DNA of 57,451 nucleotides, counting the filler, from Sphacelaria rigidula (taxonomy: Eukaryota): assembly GCA_964200075.2 (NCBI GenBank). It is 5 parts of 5 records of this genome, joined end to end, with 100 filler letters (N's around TTAATTAATTAA, not from the genome) between each part and the next. Parts side by side here need not be neighbours in the genome. Positions count along the whole stretch, not along the records: positions 46,043 to 57,451 come from CAXNAA020004954.1; 4 more parts are not named here. One strand, given 5' to 3'. The position numbers and the translations under genes were made by a program. Positions 50,801-57,451 of this stretch are shown one piece after another. The notes beneath the pieces were generated by a model. It did no database searches. It saw only the letters and a list, made by a program, of their open reading frames with translations, and was not told the DNA's origin. The stretch's first letter is position 1. Every line of letters starts with the position of its first letter.

Positions 50801-53800
50801 CGGACGCTGGCAATTTTTCGGACGTGTACGCATTGATTTAGTACCCAATCAGTTGTTGAGGTATGCTTCGGCTCTGCTTCCACGTACACCTCTTCTGATA
50901 TATGTCCCCGCACCAGTACCACTTCCTCAACTGAGGTCGAGCAAAACGCTGATTGTCATGGACCAGTTTCAGCTTATACATTGGTTGTGACCGCGTTGGA
51001 TAGCGACGCGGAAACCGACACTCCTCAAATATTGTTGGATTGTTTCTAGCCTCAGCAGCGAGCAAGGTTTTTCCGACTGAAGAATGACGTTCCACCACAC
51101 CTGTCACATCGCCCTCTATTTCGACGGTGCCGGTTGTACCGCAGAGGTCATCGACAAACTTGTAGATGTTCTGATCCGCTATACCGCGCGATTGTTCACC
51201 TCACCTCTGGATTTGGCTCACTACACGATGGCTCCGTTTAAAGTCAACGTGCTATAAGGAACGCCCCCCATCGCCACATGCCCGTCTCGCACGAACCCTC
51301 TGCTGGCTGATTAAGTATAAGTAGTCAAAATTAGCTACCTAGCGGCGGAAATCTTTCGCTTACGCTTCCAAGACTCCAGGTTTGAGCATGAGTGGGCTGA
51401 AACAGAGACTCCGGGTTTTGGCATGAGTGGGCTGACACCTTCTGCCCCGAAACCGGCGCCCGGTGGTTTGCCCCCTCGATCCCCCCTCTTCGTTTGTGGG
51501 AATGCCAACACCAATGCAAGAACCAGATTTGGATAGGACCTTTTCCGTGTGACGGCCCCCGCATAAATGTTGCGGTCGCTTCGGAGCCCACCGCCTCCCC
51601 TTTTGTTTTCATTGCACAAGTACACGTTCTCATTTCTCGTAGAACGAGAGTAAACGAGAAGGAAAAAATTACGTATTTTTTTCTCCCCGCCAAGATAAGG
51701 CGCGAGAACATTTAGCCGAGCTTACGTGCCGCGCAGCAAGACGTCCATTTCCCGCTGCGGATATCCTCGAGCCCGTCGGACGGCGCGGGCACCCATGCAG
51801 GATGAAATGTTGAGCTGGCCGCACAAGCAAATTGCACATGGATGAGGACGGCACTGTACTTTTAATCCACAAACCCACGTGGACACCTCAGTCTGGCCGT
51901 CCTACCGGTAGATATGTTCGACTACTAGATCGAGAACATCCTTGCATGTACGCGCCGATGCTGCTACGACCATGGGTCCTGCACGAGTGCAATTTCAACA
52001 TTTCGACCAATATGGTAACAATTCGGACGACCTAGTTCATCGAGCGATTTTACTGGTGGGTAGGTGTCGACCAAATTGTATTTTGGTAGGTATGTCGTTG
52101 TTTGATTTGTCAGGCGCGCGAAATGTCTCCCCAGACTGTGCGTTGACTAATCCTGCCCATGCCGCTCCCCAATGGGCCCGAACATCTTCGGACTAATTCG
52201 GACCGTTCCCGCTCATCACGAGTAGCAACAAGTACATTTTGTTGATTACTGATCGATTCCGTTATCACTCCGTCATGCATGCCGGAACCCCGGAAAGTTG
52301 TTGTCCGTCGATGGCAAACGTTTTTCCGGCGAATTTCTGCTGCGGTCAGTACACTACTGGGTTTCTATCGCATCTTTGTAAGCCCGTACCACCCCCAAAC
52401 GGACGGTGGACGGGAACGAGTCAACCATACGATGGCGCAAATGCTGCCAGCCTTCACAAACGAACGGCAAAATATATTAGGATCCGTATGTGCCCTTATT
52501 CCCACTGAACTACAACAACTCGGCCCACATCGCCACCGGCCTTGCACCAAATGAAATTCACATTGGCATATGCCGCGGCTGCCGTTGACCATATTCAAAC
52601 CCTGCAACATGGGCGATCATCAGAGTTTGTACCGGGATATCAGGGAGTATCAGGACATTTTGAGTCGTCGTCTGCAGTTGACATAGGTTGGTCCACGAGC
52701 AAAACCAAATCAATTTGGCAAAGGCCGTCAGTGCCTATGCCACGTTGGATGCGGTGATACATAAGCGTCCAGTGTGGAAGGTAGGTGCATGGGCGTGGGT
52801 GTACAACGATGTACAGACGATTCGCCAAGGAGCCAGCGCAAGTGAGGATTCGCCGGATAAGGTATTGAAGGCCAAGCTGTACCTCACTTGGACCGGGCCG
52901 TGGAAAGTTTTGGGCGTTGGGCCAAGTGCTACAGCACCGGATGATCGACCCATCGGGGAAAAACTATTTGTACTTCGATTTCCCCACGGATGAAGCTGGG
53001 CCTCCGCAGAAAAACCGCGTGGTTGTCTGGCGCTGTAAACCTTGCACCGCCCCGCACGACACCACTGATATGCCCAAACAGTTACCGTTAGTACTCAGCC
53101 AGTACATATTGATGAGGCACGCCACCAAGTCGTCGCCTTTCCATGTCACGGCTGAAGACGTTAATGCCCCCGTGTGTGGTAGTCGATCATATCAGCGGAC
53201 ACCAACTGGTCCGCGGTCGTGGTGGTAAAAAAACAGTGATGTATCAGACGCACTGGAAAGGATTGATGCGGGTCACGTGGGAACGGGAAGTCGACTTGCG
53301 TCATTTCCGTAGACAAGTTTTGTGGTAATGAGTAGACGATGTTGCGCAACACCGTCCGTTGAACCGAAGATATAGGTCTACGCGGAAAGGCTCGGCGGCA
53401 CGGGAGCTGCCCGGGAGCATTCGGCCCGGTTCGTCATGGCTGGCTATAGCCTTGTTTCGCCTGCGCAATACTTGCTTTCTATTCGCAGGAAACGTCTACC
53501 GAAGGGTGCGTACTTCTGGTATGAGGCGCACGACTCCCTCTGGTGGCTGGGCAAGATTTACTTACCAGCACCCGACTCCGACAACTCCTACTACATCCGC
53601 TTCCTCCATGACCCCGGCCCCCTAAAGCTTATTTTGGACAATGCTTACTGCACTGAAGCCTCGTCCGCTCGCCGCGGGTCCTGGTGTCTCCAGCGTCATG
53701 ACAAAGGCAACAAAGACGACGCCATTCTCCGGAATACCGACCAGTCATGGAGGGAAGACGAGTCTTGATGCATTCTGTCCTATTTTCCCCGTTGTATCGC

Positions 53801-54500
53801 CCAGCTGCTGCGACGCCATGGCCGCAAAACTCCCCTTTGTTTTGTTGCTGTGTGTATGAGTGTATGAGTCTATGCCCATATCTGTGTGCGTGTATGCCTG
53901 CATGTGTATTTGGAGGTATGTATGCGCATACGTGTGTATGCGTATGCGCTTATATGGATATGTGTCTGTGTACGTGTGTGTACCTGGCCCTGGTCGCGTT
54001 TCCATGTCATTTTGGTGCCGTCGCATGTTGTAGGTCGGGTTGACCTGGTTTTGGAACTGTGGTGCCCTTTTTCGAACACATTTGTGTCCCCAGATGAGGT
54101 GATACAAGCGCATTGACACGAGCGTCTTTTTCGTTCCGTTTCGACAGTTGGGTCGACCCACTGTCATGGCCCGCTGTATGGTATTTGTGAAGACCCCTCG
54201 TTGCGGTTTTACATGAATCAACGCACCTGAAATTGGTGACCTGGTGATGTCTTGAGGGCGTGTGTGTTTTCATCGTATTGTGTTGCGAATATCTCGCAAC
54301 TTCACTCTTCCGTCCTCGTTTGGCTCGACGTCTGTGGAGAACTGAGACTACGATTGTAGTCTTTCCCCCCACTGTCGTCCATGTTGTGCTGAGATACTCA
54401 CGGCACTTGCTCCTCGCTAGCTGTGAGAGTCTCAGTAATCTTTTTCTCTTGTTCAGTGGCTCAGTTTTTCTTGTTTTTGTTCCTACGTCTCTCCGACCCT
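47900..54500 (+). mobile_element. Degenerate Ty3/Gypsy LTR retrotransposon (integrase and chromodomain-like region; most of RT/RNase H missing)
   Basis: Integrase motifs GPFPLITSSNKYILLITDRF (~52200), YHPQTDGGRERVNHTMAQML (~52390), KAKLYLTWTGPWKVL (~52870); chromodomain-like VDHISGHQLVRGRGG...YQTHWKG...TWE (~53180-53290). Many frameshifts and stops. Weakly similar segments at ~48105-48200 and ~54070-54170 may be diverged LTRs; ends approximate. Confidence 0.8.
50316..50337 (-). repeat. Interstitial telomeric-type repeat (CCCTAA)n
   Basis: accctaaccctaaccctaacc inside the retroelement remnant. Confidence 0.85.
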
Positions 54501-54599
54501 TTTCTCGTTTTTGTTCCTACGTCTCCACGACCTCCACGTCCTCGTGAACCGTTGACTCCGAGACACCCCGTCTCTTTTCTTCAACTGAACATTTGCGAA

Positions 54600-54803
54600 A
54601 ACGGATGACCGATTCCCCAAGGGCTTCCTCAGTGAATGTTCCTTTATATAACCGGCTGTTTGATCGACATTTGTGCCAACGGATGACCGATACCCCAAGG
54701 GCTTCCTCAGCAAATTGTCACGTGTTCCTGGGTATGACGGCGATGTCTTTTTTTTGTCGGCGTGTGCGTAAACGGATGATCAATTCTGTTGGGCTTCCTC
54801 AGT
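54600..54803. repeat. Three spaced copies of a ~32-bp motif
   Basis: acggatgaccgat(t/a)ccccaagggcttcctcag at ~54601 and ~54679, degenerate copy at ~54772. Confidence 0.75.
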
Positions 54804-54899
54804 ACGCGTCGCGCGGCGATCACCGCTGCACGATCCTGGAGTTTCAATCGGCCACTGCTGCCACTCCTAGATGCTATACCGCGAGCTCTCTCGTTGGTC

Positions 54900-56750
54900 T
54901 TTCCACCGGTATGAGTTTTTGCATGCACTAACTCAACGTTTTGAAAGTGATGTCTTCTTGGCCGTTATGCCTTGGCGGGCCCCCTTGAGACCGATTAACG
55001 TGAAATCCTATCGCGAGTGTTGCGCTCCCCCTTGATGTTCGTTCGACTGTGGGTAATACGGCTCCCGTTGCCTGAAGAATAGTCTGGTATGGTGGGTTTG
55101 CAGAGTGTTGACCGTGAGACCAGCCGAGTAACGCGTGGATTTTATCAGCGACGTGTAGCTCTTTTTTGTATTTCATGTTGATAAGTTGATTTTGATCGTC
55201 CGGGTGACATGCTTGTCTTGTAGGTTATGAATGGCAAGCCAAGCACCTCCTCTGTGTGTACCAGAGCCTGGCTGCTCGCGCAACCGCATGGACCCTGCGC
55301 CGAAGCTGGAACTCCGTTATTTGCCATGATGCGGGAGTTCTCCCTTGCCCTTGTTTTATCTTCATCTTCCTTTTTTTGTGGTGTGGGAGATGATGGTGAA
55401 ACGTGAGCCTTCGAAGCTCTTCGAGCGTCTGCATGCTCACCTTTCAGAGTGGGCTATTGTCATGGTATTTGAAGAGTCTGACGTCGATAAGGTACCGCAG
55501 GGCTTTGGCATACAGATGTCGGAGTAAATGAACACTTGGATATAACTCTTGGTTAGCTGAGGGATGTCAGCTTGTTGGAAGATCCAATTCAGTAGTCGAA
55601 GATGTAGTCGAAGATCCAATTCAGTGTCTGAGTAGTCGATGGGATATACAGTATGGTTGCTGTCTGCACATCGAATGATCATGTGCACAACGGATAGTAT
55701 TCCCGGAACGTTCATTGGATGGAGGATTTATGCTCTTTGGTTATTGTATTATGATTAGATACGGATATAATTCCTGCGTAAGGTAGTCATGCAGCCGCCC
55801 CGAGTGCCACAATGGCCACTCTATTTTGGGCCCAGGACATCATCAGCCTTACCGCCGTGCTCTGAGTTCCAAGTGAGTCCTTATCAGTTAGCTTGATAGT
55901 CGTGGGGAAACTATTGGCTCTGGTTCGTATTGTGAAATACAAGGATATAATGTATTTATTTGATTTGGATCTGGGTCGAGTTGTTACTACGCAGCTGTGC
56001 GCATTGCAACCTAGCACACACGGCTTGAGCCTCTGTTCGTGAGAATATATTAGAGCAAAGGTAGACTGAGGCTGCCTTCTCCAAGGCGACTAAGCCATAA
56101 GTTCATAATAGAGTGCCGTGGGTCCGTGTGTGTTTAGGCAAACGACTTATTGCTCTTGCGGAGTGCAGCACCTCTTGCTGCAGTTACGTGATAATTTAAA
56201 TAATATACATTTGAACTATTACCTTCCGCCGACAATTTGAAGTGAGGCGTGTTATTGAAGATTAATCATCGCGCATGTATTTGCAACCCAGATTCACTTT
56301 ATTTAATTAGACAAGAGAACTTGAGTACCCCACAGGCATACGCCTGCACGGGAGGGTTTCCGCGCGACTTGGCGAGCTGATTACCTATATACGTATACGC
56401 ACCAATTTGTGCAGGTGCTCACTGCTATATACACTGAGCTCAGTTGCGTTCTTGTGAACCTCCAAATCATCCGGCTGCATGCCTGGGATCCTGTAACATC
56501 CCCGAAGATTAGGGCGCAGGTTATTCGCAGGGTATCCCTCTCTCGAGGGTGAAAGTCCTGTGACAGGGGTATCATGAGCCCCCTGCGAAGGGGCTACGCA
56601 GAGGGATGTCCCCGAAACAAGACTTTCATCCTTGAGACAGGGATATCCCTGCTCAGGTTTTTCACAGCGCAGTCCTGCGCGCGAAGAAGAAAAAATATTT
56701 TTTAGTGTGCCTGGTCGCATACAAAAGTCATAGTACAATGTTTGAGCTCA
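54900..56750 (-). mobile_element. Possible highly decayed non-LTR retrotransposon
   Basis: Fragmented minus-strand peptides in RT-to-C-terminus order: QGYP, IPGMQPDDLEV (FADDL-like), VFIYSD (RNase H-like), AVLPTVER. Motifs are weak. Confidence 0.3.
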
Positions 56751-57179
56751 AATCAGCTGCAGAACACGCGCAGTTGACGTGATGGTCGCGCCCCCTGCGG
56801 AGGGGTAGGAGTCCAACAAGCGGGATCTTTGGAAAACTTGACTCAAGGCAGGACCGTCGGTGCCGAGATCTGGCTGCAAAGGTGACTGTTGCCGGAGTTA
56901 TGTGGTATGAATCGTGTTGCTTTGCATTGTTGCGTGGCGACCGCAACGGTACGCCGCCAGGCGCCGGCCATGGAGGTTAAGCGGCAGGTTGGCGACGCGT
57001 AGAAGGTAGCCCATAATGTGTCCTGTCCATCTGAAAAAGAATCACGTCAAATGGTTCCTGCGCGAAGATTAGCACAGTGAATGTTTGTATGCATGTGTGG
57101 TGGTGGAGTCGGCGAGATTGAACTGTGAACAATGCTGTAGTAAAGTGCGGCATAATAGAGCGGGATTCGATACAGTCAT

Positions 57180-57290
57180 GTATTGCTGTGCACTGTTGTA
57201 CTGCACTACAGTATACTGTATTCAGTAATGTACAGCTTTGTACTTTGTGATGTACTGTACTGTACAGTGCTAGGGTGTACTGTGCTGTAC
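57180..57290. repeat. Degenerate (TACTG)n-type simple repeat
   Basis: Repeated tactg/gtactg/tgctg units; similar tracts at ~24830-24862 and ~35380-35645. Confidence 0.6.
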
Positions 57291-57451
57291 GATCCTGTCC
57301 CGCCCTCTATTGCATTGTTATCTACCTCACTGTAGTTGGCTGCCACATATGGTGTAAAAATAATTTGGTGATATTGAGACGTGGAGGATACAACAACAAA
57401 TTGTGCGAATTGAGGTTTAACTTCGAGATGAGGTTTAAGCCTAAAACAGGG

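Noticed and set aside
54600..54803. CRISPR array
   Set aside because: Only three degenerate repeats, uneven and partly similar spacers, no cas genes, eukaryotic context.
1..57451. Functional cluster or new system formed by the TBC1D23-like, WSC, ATAD2-like and AlkB-like genes
   Set aside because: Each gene lies on a different contig joined by artificial linkers.

Overview
Eukaryotic, intron-rich, roughly 50% GC DNA. Gene style and content (GT-AG introns of about 0.3-3.6 kb, tandem WSC-domain protein, TTAGGG repeats) point to a stramenopile, most likely a brown alga (inference). The window is not one locus. It is five near-equal contigs (1-11411, 11512-22922, 23023-34432, 34533-45942, 46043-57451; 11,411/11,411/11,410/11,410/11,409 bp) joined by 100-nt N-TTAATTAATTAA-N linkers, so gene neighbourhood across linkers is meaningless. 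Contig 1: internal exons of a TBC1D23-like rhodanese-domain gene (-). Contig 2: a hand-spliced gene with four tandem WSC domains and an unrecognised N-terminal region (-). Contig 3: four exons for the second AAA domain of an ATAD2/Yta7-like protein (+). Contig 4: the first two exons of a probable AlkB-family dioxygenase (-), next to a tRNA-headed SINE nested in another copy of the same family. Contig 5: a decayed Ty3/Gypsy element and other TE remnants. Introns are packed with MITEs, SINEs and short telomeric repeats. I found no convincing new multi-gene system. The best leads are the modular WSC gene, the nested SINEs and several unclassified repeat elements.
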